IMG/VR virus record: IMGVR_UViG_643348570_000002
Reading direction: 5' to 3' (one strand)
DNA from: an uncultured virus (IMG/VR IMGVR_UViG_643348570_000002)
Taxonomy: Duplodnaviria > Heunggongvirae > Uroviricota > Caudoviricetes
Length of the DNA stretch: 35,778 nucleotides
The notes beneath the pieces were generated by a model that saw only the letters and a list, made by a program, of their open reading frames with translations, was not told the DNA's origin and made no database searches. How positions within the stretch are numbered: the first letter of the stretch is position 1; each line of letters begins with the position of its first letter. Position numbers and translations under genes: made by a program. Positions 17,855 through 27,348 of the stretch are shown one piece after another.

Positions 17855-18235
17855 ATGACCGTTCTTCATCAGCCCGCCACGATGGGCGATGTCCTCAAAT
17901 ACGAGGTCAATCCGAACTACAATCGCGAGACCGTCACGCTGCTCGAAGGGACCAACTATCCCGTCGGCGCCGTGCTCGGCCGCATCACCGCCAGCGGCAA
18001 GTACAAGCTCGCCACCTCGGGTGGCTCGGACGGCGCGCAGACCGCCGCCGCCGTGCTGCTCTACGCGGTCGATGCCAGCGCCACCGACGCCATCGGCGTG
18101 GTCGTCGCACGCGGTCCCGCCATCGTCTCGAAGGCGGCACTCGTCTTTGACGCCACCGTCGATGACGCACCCAAGACCGCCACCAAGCATGGCCAGCTGG
18201 CCGCGCTGGGCATCGTGCCCCGCGACACCGCCTGA
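17855..18235 (+). CDS. Head decoration protein (gpD-like)
   Basis: AGGAG RBS at 17842; GAVLGRITASGKY...DGAQTAAAVLL; immediately precedes the capsid gene. Confidence 0.88.
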   Translation: MTVLHQPATMGDVLKYEVNPNYNRETVTLLEGTNYPVGAVLGRITASGKYKLATSGGSDGAQTAAAVLLYAVDASATDAIGVVVARGPAIVSKAALVFDATVDDAPKTATKHGQLAALGIVPRDTA

Positions 18236-18319
18236 GCGGTCCTGCAGCGGCTGATTGCCTGAACCCGCCCCGCGCACAGCAAACCCAACCTCCCTGCCCC
18301 TCTTTCCCCGGAGTTCCCT

Positions 18320-19342
18320 ATGACCATCACCCGCAACCCGTTCGACGCGGGCGGCTATTCGCTCGCCGAGATGACGCAGGCCATCAACATCCTGCCCAAC
18401 CTCTACACCCGCCTCGGCCAGATCGGCCTCTTCCGCTTCGAGGGCGTCACGCAGCGCTCCATCGTCATCGAGCAGCGCGAGGGCGTCCTGAGCCTCCTGC
18501 CCTCCGTGCCGCTCGGTGCACCCGCCACTGTCGGCAACCGCGAGGCGCGCTCCATGCGCAGCTTTGCCCTGCCCTGGATCCCGCATGACGACGTGATCCT
18601 GCCCGCCGACATTCAGGGCATGCCAAGCTTGGGCGTCTCGGACGCGGCCGATCCGCTGGTCGAGGTGATGAACCGCAAGCTGACGCTCATGCGCCGCAAG
18701 CATGCCCAGACCCGCGAATACATGGAGATGAACGCGCTCCGTGGCATCGTGAAGGACGGCGCCGGCACCACCCTCTACAACTACTTCACCGAATTCGGGC
18801 TCGACCAGATCTCGGTCGACTTCGTCTTCGGCACCGCGGGCACCAACATCCAGGGCAAGGTGCGCAGCACGCTGCGCGCGATCGAGGACAACCTCAAGGG
18901 CGAGACCATGACCACCGCCCATGCTCTGGTCAGCTCCGAGTTCTTCGACAAGCTGATCAGCCATCCGAAGACCGAGGACGCCTACAAGTTCTTCTCGGCC
19001 ACCGGCGGCCAGCCGCTCCGCGAGGACATGCGCCGCGCCTTCCCCTTCGCCGGGATCCTGTTCGAGGAATACAACGGCTCGGTCACCCTTTCGAACGGCA
19101 CATCCGAGCGGCTGATCCCCACTGGCGAGGGCATCGCCTTCCCCATGGGCACCTTCGACACCTTCACCACCTATGGCGGACCTGCGAACCTGCTGGAAAC
19201 CGCCAATACTGTGGGTCTGCCGCTCTATGCCCGCCAGATGATGGATGCGAAGGGCCGCTGGATTGATCTCATGACCGAAGCCTCGATCCTGCCGGTGAAC
19301 AAGCGCCCGCGCCTCGCGATCCGCTTGCACAGCTCGAACTGA
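18320..19342 (+). CDS. Major capsid protein (lambda gpE family)
   Basis: 340 aa with strong codon bias; TREYMEMNALRG, FFDKLISHP and GPANLLETANTVGLPLYA. Confidence 0.93.
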   Translation: MTITRNPFDAGGYSLAEMTQAINILPNLYTRLGQIGLFRFEGVTQRSIVIEQREGVLSLLPSVPLGAPATVGNREARSMRSFALPWIPHDDVILPADIQGMPSLGVSDAADPLVEVMNRKLTLMRRKHAQTREYMEMNALRGIVKDGAGTTLYNYFTEFGLDQISVDFVFGTAGTNIQGKVRSTLRAIEDNLKGETMTTAHALVSSEFFDKLISHPKTEDAYKFFSATGGQPLREDMRRAFPFAGILFEEYNGSVTLSNGTSERLIPTGEGIAFPMGTFDTFTTYGGPANLLETANTVGLPLYARQMMDAKGRWIDLMTEASILPVNKRPRLAIRLHSSN

Positions 19343-19353
19343 CGGGCGCGCGC

Positions 19354-19665
19354 ATGTCGGTCTTCGCCGCCGCCATCGACAACCTGTTCGCCGATCCCAA
19401 CATCGCCCGCGATGCCACCTGGATCGCGGACGGTGGCGCACCGAAACTCGTCCGCGTGGTCACGCGCCGCGCGGATGAGGTCACGGGGTTTGGCGAGGCG
19501 CGCCTCTGGTCCGAGACCACGCGCATCGACCTGCGCGTCGCCGAGGTTCCCGAGCCTCGCCCCGGCGACCGCATCGAGCTCGACGGCGAGGCGTTCATCA
19601 TTCAGGGCGAACCGATGCGTGACCGCGAGCGGCTGATCTGGACCGTCGATCTGAGGCCGGCATGA
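19354..19665 (+). CDS. Head-tail joining protein (gpFII-like)
   Basis: Position after the capsid gene; PRPGDRIELDGEAFIIQGEP. Confidence 0.8.
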   Translation: MSVFAAAIDNLFADPNIARDATWIADGGAPKLVRVVTRRADEVTGFGEARLWSETTRIDLRVAEVPEPRPGDRIELDGEAFIIQGEPMRDRERLIWTVDLRPA

Positions 19666-20294
19666 AGTTGCAACTCGACATCACCCCTGACCTGGTCGCC
19701 ATGATGGCTGCCGAAATCACGGCTGGCGAGCGGGCCGTGAGCCAGGCGGTCAGCGAGGCCGGCAACAGCGTGAAATCCTCCTGGCGCACGCAGATCACCG
19801 TCGCAGGCCTCGGTCAGCGCCTCGCCAACACCATCCGCTCCGAGCAGTTCCCGAAAGGCCGACCCAGCCTCAGCGCGGCAGCGGTGGTCTGGTCGAAGGC
19901 CCCGGTCATCATCGGTGCCCATGATACCGGCCCGCTGATCCGGTCGAAGAACGGGTTCTGGCTGGCGATCCCCACGCCCGCCGCCGGGAAGTCCGCGCGC
20001 GGTGGGCGCATCACCCCCGGCGAGTGGGAGCGCCGCTCGGGCCTGCGCCTGCGCTTTGTCTATCGCCGGACGGGCCCCAGCCTGCTGGTTGCCGAAGGAC
20101 GGCTCAATGCCCGTGGACGCGCTGTCGCCAGCCGGTCGCGAACCGGCCGGGGCGTCACCACCGTGCCGATCTTCCTGCTGGTGCCGCAGGTGCAGCTCCG
20201 CAAGCGGCTGGAACTCGCTCGCGATGCTGCAAAGGCGCAGGAGGCCATCCCTGGCGCGATTGTCGCGAATTGGGTCGAAGGAAAGATCGGATGA
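19662..20294 (+). CDS. Neck/tail completion protein (DUF6441-like)
   Basis: Basic 210-aa protein with ATGA overlaps on both sides; WLAIPT and VPIFLLVPQV. Confidence 0.75.
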   Translation: MKLQLDITPDLVAMMAAEITAGERAVSQAVSEAGNSVKSSWRTQITVAGLGQRLANTIRSEQFPKGRPSLSAAAVVWSKAPVIIGAHDTGPLIRSKNGFWLAIPTPAAGKSARGGRITPGEWERRSGLRLRFVYRRTGPSLLVAEGRLNARGRAVASRSRTGRGVTTVPIFLLVPQVQLRKRLELARDAAKAQEAIPGAIVANWVEGKIG

Positions 20295-20710
20295 CACCCC
20301 GCGAGACCATCCTCATCGCCCTGGCGGACCTGTTGCGCACAGTGCCGCATGTGCCGGTGCTGCGCGGCGAGGTGCTGCCCGAACGCGTGCCCGCCGCCGG
20401 CCTGATGATCCTGCGCGATGGCGAGCCGGGAGAGCCCGGCGTGACATTGTCGCCGCTGCGCTACCACTACCAGCACCGCGCCGAAATCGAAGCGGTCGTG
20501 CAAGGTGAGGGTCGCAACACCAGTTTCGATGCGCTCTGCGCCAGCATTGGTGCCGTGATCTCCGCCGACCGCACGCTGGGCGGGCGCTGCGACTGGGTCG
20601 AAGCCGAAGCCCCGCGACCGGTTGATCTGCCCATCGAAGGAGCCGCCAGTCTGAAAGCAGCAGTCATCCCGATCATCCTGCATTATTCGACGGCCGATCC
20701 CCTGGCCTGA
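20291..20710 (+). CDS. Tail terminator-like protein
   Basis: ATG 20291 overlaps the upstream stop; MTPRETIL...ADRTLGG...Y; immediately precedes the tail tube gene. Confidence 0.72.
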   Translation: MTPRETILIALADLLRTVPHVPVLRGEVLPERVPAAGLMILRDGEPGEPGVTLSPLRYHYQHRAEIEAVVQGEGRNTSFDALCASIGAVISADRTLGGRCDWVEAEAPRPVDLPIEGAASLKAAVIPIILHYSTADPLA

Positions 20711-20739
20711 CCCCAACAGACAACCCGAGGAGAAACACC

Positions 20740-21681
20740 ATGGCACGAGCCCAGGGGGCGCGGGCGCAGATGGCGCTGGCGTTCGAGACGACCTATGGCA
20801 CGCCGCCCGCGAGCGGATTTGTGCGGATGCCCTTCGCCAGTGCGACGCTGGGGTCGGAGCAGCCGCTGCTGAACAGCGAGCTTCTGGGCTATGGCCGCGA
20901 TCCGCTGGCGCCGATCAAGGATGCGGTGACGGCGGACGGCAATGTTGTCGTACCCATCGATGCGCAGGCATTCGGCTTCTGGCTGAAGGCGGCGTTCGGG
21001 CAGCCAGTCACCACCGGCACCGATGCGCCCTACACTCACGAGTTCCGCTCGGGGAATTGGACATTGCCGTCCTTTGCAATCGAGACCGGCATGCCAGAGG
21101 TCCCGCGCTTTGCCATGTATTCCGGCTGCGTGCTCGATACGCTCAACTGGCAGATGCAGCGTTCGGGGTTGCTGACCGCGACCGCGAGCCTCGTCGCTCA
21201 GGGCGAAACCACCGCGGCGAGTTCGGCCGCCGGGACACTCGCCGAGCTCGCCCTGCAGCGCTTCGGCCATTTCAACGGGGCGATCACGCGCAACGGACAG
21301 CCGCTTGGCAACATCGTCTCGGCCGAGATCACCTATGCCAACAACCTCGATCGCGTGGAAACCATCCGCTCGGACGGGCGCATCGATGGCGCTGACCCCT
21401 CCATCGCCGCGCTCACGGGCCGGATCGAGGTGCGCTTTGCCGACTAGGTGCTGGTGACGCAGGCGATCAATGGTGATCCCTGCGAGATGAGTTTTGGCTA
21501 CACGCTGCCCTCGGGCGAAAGCCTCACGCTGGTGGCGCATGCCGTCTATCTGCCCCGCCCGCGCATCGAGATCGCGGGGCCGCAAGGGGTGCAGGGGACC
21601 TTCGACTGGCAGGCCGCGCGTGACGCCACGTTGGGCCGCATGTGCACCGTCACCCTGATCAACGCTATCGAGGAATACTGA
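20740..21681 (+). pseudogene. Tail tube (major tail) protein interrupted by in-frame TAG at 21445-21447
   Basis: Strong RBS GAGGAG; FETTYGTPP and LPSFAIETGMPEVP. Segments 20740-21447 and 21448-21681 are in the same frame (RFAD*VLVTQA). Confidence 0.85.
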
Positions 21682-21684
21682 TCC

Positions 21685-22122
21685 ATGCTGCGTCTGAACC
21701 TCGCCCGTGAGCCGCACTGGCTTGATCTCGGCCTCGGCGTGCGCGTGCGGGTCGAGCCGCTGACCACTGCACTGATGGTGGCCGCCCGCAGCGATCCGGC
21801 CGTGCGCGGGTTGCCGGAAGGCACCAGCGACGACGAGATCGCCGTGGTCTTCGGCAAGGCGCTGGCCGAACGTGCCATCCTCGATTGGGAGGGTGTCGGT
21901 GATGCGGAGGGCAACCCCACACCCGTGACGCCGGAAGGCATCGCCGCGCTGCTCGATATCTGGCCGATCTTCGAGAAATTTCAGATGGGCTATGTCGCGA
22001 AGGGTCTGGAGCTCGAGCAGGAAAAAAACGCCTCCGCGCCCTCGCCGACTGGGTCTGGAGCGGGGGCGACGGCTATTGCGCGGCCTGCGAAGGGGCGTGC
22101 CCGGACTGCCCGCAAATCCTGA
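21685..22122 (+). CDS. Tail assembly chaperone (gpG-like)
   Basis: Lies between tube and tape measure genes; ILDWEGVGDAEG; contains the slippery EKN codons GAA AAA AAC. Confidence 0.85.
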   Translation: MLRLNLAREPHWLDLGLGVRVRVEPLTTALMVAARSDPAVRGLPEGTSDDEIAVVFGKALAERAILDWEGVGDAEGNPTPVTPEGIAALLDIWPIFEKFQMGYVAKGLELEQEKNASAPSPTGSGAGATAIARPAKGRARTARKS

Positions 22123-22358
22123 ACGCACCGCGCACGCTCGAGGGCTGGCAGGTCTGGGATCTGGCCGGACGGCTTGGCGGTCAGATCCGCGCTGTCCCCG
22201 GCGTCGTGCTGGGCTGGGACATGAGCGCAGCCTTGTCGATGGCGGCGGCGATGGGCGTGGACGCCCGCGCCACAGCCGAGTTCCTGCCTGTGATCGAGGC
22301 GGTGATGGCGCGGCATCTCAACGACCAGATCGATGGCAGAAGGGAGTCTGACCCATGA
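22023..22358 (+). CDS. -1 frameshift extension of the tail assembly chaperone (gpGT-like); absent from the ORF track
   Basis: Heptamer A AAA AAC at 22023-22029. The -1 frame reads KKRLRALADWVWSGGDGYCAACEGACPDCP...EFLPVIEAVMARHLNDQIDGRRESDP* and ends in an ATGA overlap with the tape measure start. Confidence 0.8.
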   Translation, partial: KKRLRALADWVWSGGDGYCAACEGACPDCPQILNAPRTLEGWQVWDLAGRLGGQIRAVPGVVLGWDMSAALSMAAAMGVDARATAEFLPVIEAVMARHLNDQIDGRRESDP

Positions 22359-24817
22359 CGGAAAAACGCGTCAGCGTCCGCCTGTCTGCTGTTGGCGGGC
22401 GGCAGGTCAAGGCCGAGCTGGAGGGCGTGGGCGAGGCAGGCGCGCGGGGCTTTGGGCGTCTGTCGCGCGAGATGGAAGGAGCGAATGCACGGCTTGCAGC
22501 CTTCGCCCGGCGCGCGCGGGTGGCGATGGCCGCAGCGGCGGCAGCGATTGCGGCGGCGGCGACCGCGATGATCCGCTCCGGCCTGCAGGTGATCGACAGC
22601 CAGGCCAAGCTGGCGGCCTCATTGAACACGACGGTCGAAAGCATCCAGGTGCTCGAGCGCGCGGGCGATCTGGCGGGCGTGTCCATGGGGCAGGTCGAAC
22701 AGGCCGCCATGCAGCTGACCCGGCGGCTGAGCCAGGCCGCTGCCGGCACGGGGCCTGCCGTCGATGCCCTGACCCGCCTGCGGCTGTCGGCCGCCGAGCT
22801 GCAGGCGCTGCCGCTCGACCAGCGCATCGCACTCATTCAGGACCGGCTGGCCGAGTTCGTGCCGGAAGCGCAGCGCGCCGCCGTCGCCTCGCAGCTCTTC
22901 GGCGATCGGGCAGCGCTGGTGTTCACGCGGATCGACACGGCGACGCTGCGCCAGGCCACGCAGGACGTGCGCGATTTCGGGGTGGTGGTCTCCGATCAGG
23001 ATGCCGCGCAGATCGAGCGCACGAATGACGCGATTTCGCGGCTGGGCCTGATCTGGCGCGGGCTGTCGAACCAGCTCGCCGTCGCCGCTGCCCCGGCGCT
23101 GGAAGCGGTCGCGGATGCCATGGCCGCTGTTGCACGCACCACCGGGCCGCTGGGCATCGCCATCCGTGTGCTCTTCGAGAACCTCGGGCGTCTGACCTCC
23201 TATGCCACAGCGGTTGCGGTGTTCATGGCCGGGCGCTGGGTGGGGGCGATGGCCGCCGCCGCGCTATCGGTGCGCGGTCTGGCCATGGCGCTCGTGGTGC
23301 TGCGTGCCGCCTTGATCCGCACCGGCGTCGGCGCGCTGATCGTCGGGGTGGGCGAGCTGATCTATCAGTTCAGCCGCCTGGCACAGGGGGCGGGCGGGCT
23401 CGGTCGGGCGCTCTCGCTTCTGGGCGATCTTGCGCGCGAGGTCTGGGAGCGCATGCAACTCGGTGCCGTCGCCATGGGCCTCGCGATCATGGCGAGCTGG
23501 GCCGACATCAAGGCCGCGATCGCCGAGGCGCTGCAGGCCTCGCTGGAAGCCGTGGTCGGTTTTGGAAATGCCGCCCTGAACACCTTCCAGGGGGCTCTGA
23601 ACGCGATCAAGGTGCTTTGGGGCGCGCTGCCGGGTGCGATCGGGGACTTTGCCTTCCAGGCCGCGAATGCACTGATCGCAGCCGTCGAGGCCATGCTCAA
23701 CGGCGTCGGTCGGCGCATCAACGGGTTTCTGGACGGGATCAATGCCGGGCTCGAGGCGCTGGGCATCGAGCGGCGCATCTCGCTGATCGGCAATCTGGAA
23801 CTGGGCCGGATCGACAATCCCTTCGCGGGATCAGCGTCTGAGGCGGGGGCCGAGGCAAGGGCCGCATTCCAGGCGGCGTTCTCGGCCGAGCCGATCACCA
23901 TGCCGGACCTCGGGCTTGGCGCTTACGCGGAGGAGGCACGCGGCCAGGCCGAGGTCCTGCGCGCGACCATGGCCGGCGTGGTCGAAGCGGCCACCGCGCC
24001 GCTGGAGTCGGTGGCGACCCTCCGCGAGGCCGTGGCCGCGTCGGGGGCCGAGGCTGAAGCCGCTCTCACGGGCGCGCGGACCGCCGCCGAGAGCCTGGAG
24101 GATGCGCTCGATGCAACCGGCGAAGCCGCGGGCCGTGCTGGTGGCGCTGGCCGCGGGGCCGGTCAGGCCCTGCGCGCGGCGGCGGAAACGGCGCGGGACG
24201 CATGGGAGGCCACGGCTGAGGCTGTCCGCGCCGCGCAGGAGCGCTCGCGCGAGATCGCCCAAGGCCTCGCGCAGGATATTGTCGGTCCAATCAAGGAGGC
24301 GTTGAAATCCGGCGAGTTCACCTGGGAGACCTTCGCCAGCGCCATCTCGCGGATCGCCCAGAACCTTGCGAACCGGCTGATCGAGCTGGCCTTCAAGCCG
24401 ATCGAGAACGCGATCATACGCGCCTTCTCGGGCATGGGCGGCGGTGGCGGGTTCTTTGCGAGCCTCTTTGGCTTCGCCAAGGGCGGCGTCTTCGCCGGTG
24501 GCAAGGAGTTGACGGCCTTCGCGCGCGGCGGCGTGGTCAACCGTCCCACGGTGTTTCCGTTTTCGCGCGGGATCGGGCTGATGGGCGAGGCCGGGCCCGA
24601 GGCCATTCTGCCACTCCGGCGCGGGCGCGACGGGCGGCTGGGCGTGGAGATGAATGGCGGCAACATGAGCGGCGCGGGTGGCGGCGCGCCGGACCATGCC
24701 ACGCGGATCATCAATGTCCTCGACCCCTCGGTCGTCGGCGACTACCTCGCCACGCCCGCGGGCGAGCGGGCGATCCTGAACGTCATCCGCCGCAACCGGA
24801 GTGCGCTGAATGCCTGA
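22355..24817 (+). CDS. Tape measure protein (820 aa)
   Basis: Long Ala/Gly-rich helical protein; C-terminal FARGGVV...MGEAGPEAILPL. Confidence 0.92.
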   Translation: MTEKRVSVRLSAVGGRQVKAELEGVGEAGARGFGRLSREMEGANARLAAFARRARVAMAAAAAAIAAAATAMIRSGLQVIDSQAKLAASLNTTVESIQVLERAGDLAGVSMGQVEQAAMQLTRRLSQAAAGTGPAVDALTRLRLSAAELQALPLDQRIALIQDRLAEFVPEAQRAAVASQLFGDRAALVFTRIDTATLRQATQDVRDFGVVVSDQDAAQIERTNDAISRLGLIWRGLSNQLAVAAAPALEAVADAMAAVARTTGPLGIAIRVLFENLGRLTSYATAVAVFMAGRWVGAMAAAALSVRGLAMALVVLRAALIRTGVGALIVGVGELIYQFSRLAQGAGGLGRALSLLGDLAREVWERMQLGAVAMGLAIMASWADIKAAIAEALQASLEAVVGFGNAALNTFQGALNAIKVLWGALPGAIGDFAFQAANALIAAVEAMLNGVGRRINGFLDGINAGLEALGIERRISLIGNLELGRIDNPFAGSASEAGAEARAAFQAAFSAEPITMPDLGLGAYAEEARGQAEVLRATMAGVVEAATAPLESVATLREAVAASGAEAEAALTGARTAAESLEDALDATGEAAGRAGGAGRGAGQALRAAAETARDAWEATAEAVRAAQERSREIAQGLAQDIVGPIKEALKSGEFTWETFASAISRIAQNLANRLIELAFKPIENAIIRAFSGMGGGGGFFASLFGFAKGGVFAGGKELTAFARGGVVNRPTVFPFSRGIGLMGEAGPEAILPLRRGRDGRLGVEMNGGNMSGAGGGAPDHATRIINVLDPSVVGDYLATPAGERAILNVIRRNRSALNA

Positions 24818-25982
24818 CGAGGCAAGCCTGCCCCCGCCGCCGCTATGGCCCTTCCCGGCGGCGCAGGAGATCACCGAGGTGCTGGAATGGCGCACCGACG
24901 TGCTGCAATCGCGCGCGGGCGAGCAGCGCATCGCACTCCGGCCGCGGCCGCGCGAGATCGTGACGTTGCGCCATAGGCTCGACGCGCTGGGCATGGCGCG
25001 CGCGGCGGAGCTGGCCCGTACGGGGTTCGCCGGCGAATGGCAGGTCCCGCTCTGGCACATGGCGCTGCAGCCCAATGCCGATCTCGCGCAAGGCGCGAAC
25101 GAGATCCTGCTCGACACGGGGCTCGCGCATTTCCGGAGCGGTGGGCTCGCGGCGATTGCGGTGGATGGTCGTGAGCCGGTGACAGTAGCCATCGCCGGCA
25201 TTCAGCCTGACCGGTTGATCATGGAGGAGCCGTTGGTGCTGCAACTGCCCAGCCCGACCGTGGCGGCGCGGCGGATCACCATCGCGCCGGTCCGCGCGGG
25301 CGTGCTGACCTCAGCCATCGAGATCACTCGCCGCAGGCAAAGCGATGGCACGGTCAGCGCCGGCTTTCTCTTGCGCGATGCACCGAACCTCACAGCACCG
25401 GTCCTGCCAACCTATCTCGGCCGCCAGGTCCAGACCGACCCGAGCCTTGTGCGCCGCCCGCTCAGCGCCAGCTTGCGCCGCGCGGTCGAATACGTCGACA
25501 ACGGCTTCGGCCCGATCGTCGTCGAGCCGCTGCGTGACACCTTCGAGCGGGGCGAGACGATCACGCTCAAGGCGCAAGGCCCAACCGCGCGTTACGCCCT
25601 GCGCCGGTGGCTCTGGTCGCTTCGAGGGCGGCAGGCCAGCTTCTGGCTGCCGACCTGGGGGCGCGAGCTGCAGTTGCGCGCAGCCATGACCTCAGGATCC
25701 ACGCTGATGCGTATCGCCCCGGTTGCCTCGCTCGCGGCCTATGCCGGCCGCGCGATCCTGCTGGAAATGCCCTCTGCACTTCGGTTCCGCACGATCACCG
25801 CAGCCATCGCCGAGGGCGTTGATCACCGTTTGACGTTGTCCTCGAACCTCGGCGAGCCGGTGCCGCTCATGACCAAGGCGCATTTCCTGACCGCAATGCG
25901 CGCGGATGCCGACCGCGTCGAGATCCAGCATGGCGCTGTCGCCAGCGAGGTCACGCTGCCTGTTCTCGAGGTATCCGCATGA
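24810..25982 (+). CDS. Distal tail/tail tip protein (390 aa, internally duplicated)
   Basis: EVLEWRTDVLQSRAGEQRIALR...VPLW and a second half with LRGRQASFWLPTW; follows the tape measure gene. Confidence 0.75.
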   Translation: MPDEASLPPPPLWPFPAAQEITEVLEWRTDVLQSRAGEQRIALRPRPREIVTLRHRLDALGMARAAELARTGFAGEWQVPLWHMALQPNADLAQGANEILLDTGLAHFRSGGLAAIAVDGREPVTVAIAGIQPDRLIMEEPLVLQLPSPTVAARRITIAPVRAGVLTSAIEITRRRQSDGTVSAGFLLRDAPNLTAPVLPTYLGRQVQTDPSLVRRPLSASLRRAVEYVDNGFGPIVVEPLRDTFERGETITLKAQGPTARYALRRWLWSLRGRQASFWLPTWGRELQLRAAMTSGSTLMRIAPVASLAAYAGRAILLEMPSALRFRTITAAIAEGVDHRLTLSSNLGEPVPLMTKAHFLTAMRADADRVEIQHGAVASEVTLPVLEVSA

Positions 25983-26845
25983 CCTATGCCAGCATCGAAG
26001 CCTCGGTCGCCGAGGGCCGGCCCTATTTCCTCTACCAGTTCGTGGAGGGCGATCAGGTCTGGCGTTTCACCAGCCGCGCCACGACCTGGACCAGCGCGGG
26101 GAGCGGTGGGACGGAGATCACCTGGGAGCCTGCCGCCGTCGCCCATGGCGATGTGGTGCAGACGAGCGAGATCGAGCGCGGGCGGCTGGAACTGACCTGG
26201 CCGCTCTCTCATCCTTTCGCGCGGCGGTTTCTCGCCCCCTTGGGCAACACGCCCGTGACGCTGACGATCTTCCGTGGGCACGAGCAGGTGCTGGGCGAGA
26301 CGGTCGCGCATTGGAAGGGCCGCGTGGTGGGCGCCGAGGTCGAGGGCCAGCGCATCCTCCTGCAGGCGGAGTCGATCTTCAGCACGCTGCGACGCGCGGG
26401 CGTGCGGGCGAAGTACCAGCGGCTTTGCCGACACGCGCTCTACGGGCGCGGCTGCGGGCTCGATATCGCGCTCTATTGGGTGACCGGCACGGTGACGGCC
26501 GTATCCGGCAACGCCTCGAGCCTGACGATCCCAGAAGCGGCGGCCGAGCCCGATGGCTGGTATCGCGGTGGCGTGCTGCGCTTTGGGATGCAGCTTGGCT
26601 TCATCACCGGCCATGCCGGAGCGGTGCTGACCCTCTCACGCCCGATGCCGGAACTGGCGACAGCTTTTGCCACACCGGAGATCGACCCGGACACGGGCGA
26701 GCCACTACCGGTCCTGCTCGACATCGCGCCGGGCTGCGATCTGCGCGCGGCCACCTGTGCGGCCAAGTTCGGCAACCTTCTCAATTTCGGGGGTTTTCCG
26801 GAGATCCCCGGCCGCAACCCACTCGGTGGCGGCTCCATCGTCTGA
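25979..26845 (+). CDS. Tail tip protein, gpL/BR0599-like (four-Cys Fe-S motif)
   Basis: LCRHALYGRGCG...PGCDLRAATCAAKFGNLLNFGGFPEIP. Confidence 0.88.
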   Translation: MTYASIEASVAEGRPYFLYQFVEGDQVWRFTSRATTWTSAGSGGTEITWEPAAVAHGDVVQTSEIERGRLELTWPLSHPFARRFLAPLGNTPVTLTIFRGHEQVLGETVAHWKGRVVGAEVEGQRILLQAESIFSTLRRAGVRAKYQRLCRHALYGRGCGLDIALYWVTGTVTAVSGNASSLTIPEAAAEPDGWYRGGVLRFGMQLGFITGHAGAVLTLSRPMPELATAFATPEIDPDTGEPLPVLLDIAPGCDLRAATCAAKFGNLLNFGGFPEIPGRNPLGGGSIV

Positions 26846-26884
26846 CGCGCCCTGCAGGCGCCAATCCGCAATCGGCATTCCCTC

Positions 26885-27133
26885 ATGGTCTGGACCTTCA
26901 TCGCGCGGCTCGTCCTCGGGCTGGTGCTCTCGGCGATTTCCTATGCGCTGAGCCCACGCCCCAAGGTCGAGAAGCCGCAAGCCGCAGGGCTCGACGACTT
27001 CTCGTTGCCCACCGCCGAGGAGGGCCGACCGATCCCGGTGGTGTTCGGGACGGTGCTGATCACCGGGCCGAACGTCGTCTGGGCAGGCGACTTGAAGGTC
27101 GATCCGATCAGGAAGAAAGGCGGCAAGAAGTGA
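26885..27133 (+). CDS. Small tail assembly protein
   Basis: Hydrophobic N-terminus; PTAEEGRPIPVVFGT...NVVWAGD...KKGGKK. Confidence 0.8.
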   Translation: MVWTFIARLVLGLVLSAISYALSPRPKVEKPQAAGLDDFSLPTAEEGRPIPVVFGTVLITGPNVVWAGDLKVDPIRKKGGKK

Positions 27134-27348
27134 CGCGCGTGACCATCCAGGACCTGCGCGATGCCCGCTATTGCCTCGCAGGCGTGCGGCCATGGTTCCG
27201 CCGGCACGGGCTCGACTGGCAGGACTTCCTCGCGCGCGGCATCGAGGCCGACCGGCTGCGCGCGACCGGGGATGCGCTGGTGGAGCCGGTGATCCGGATC
27301 GCGGAGATGCGAGAAACGGCATCGGAGGCCAGTAATGGGCGGGCGTAG
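27130..27348 (+). CDS. Small tail assembly protein (72 aa)
   Basis: GTG start overlapping the upstream TGA; YCLAGVRPWFRRHGLDWQDFLARGI...LRATGDA. Confidence 0.75.
   Translation: MTRVTIQDLRDARYCLAGVRPWFRRHGLDWQDFLARGIEADRLRATGDALVEPVIRIAEMRETASEASNGRA

Noticed and set aside
6982..21447. Genome-wide TAG recoding (alternative genetic code phage)
   Set aside because: Only two internal TAGs, inferred to replace different residues (Trp and Gln). TAG appears to serve as a normal stop at 34636-34638 and 35059-35061.
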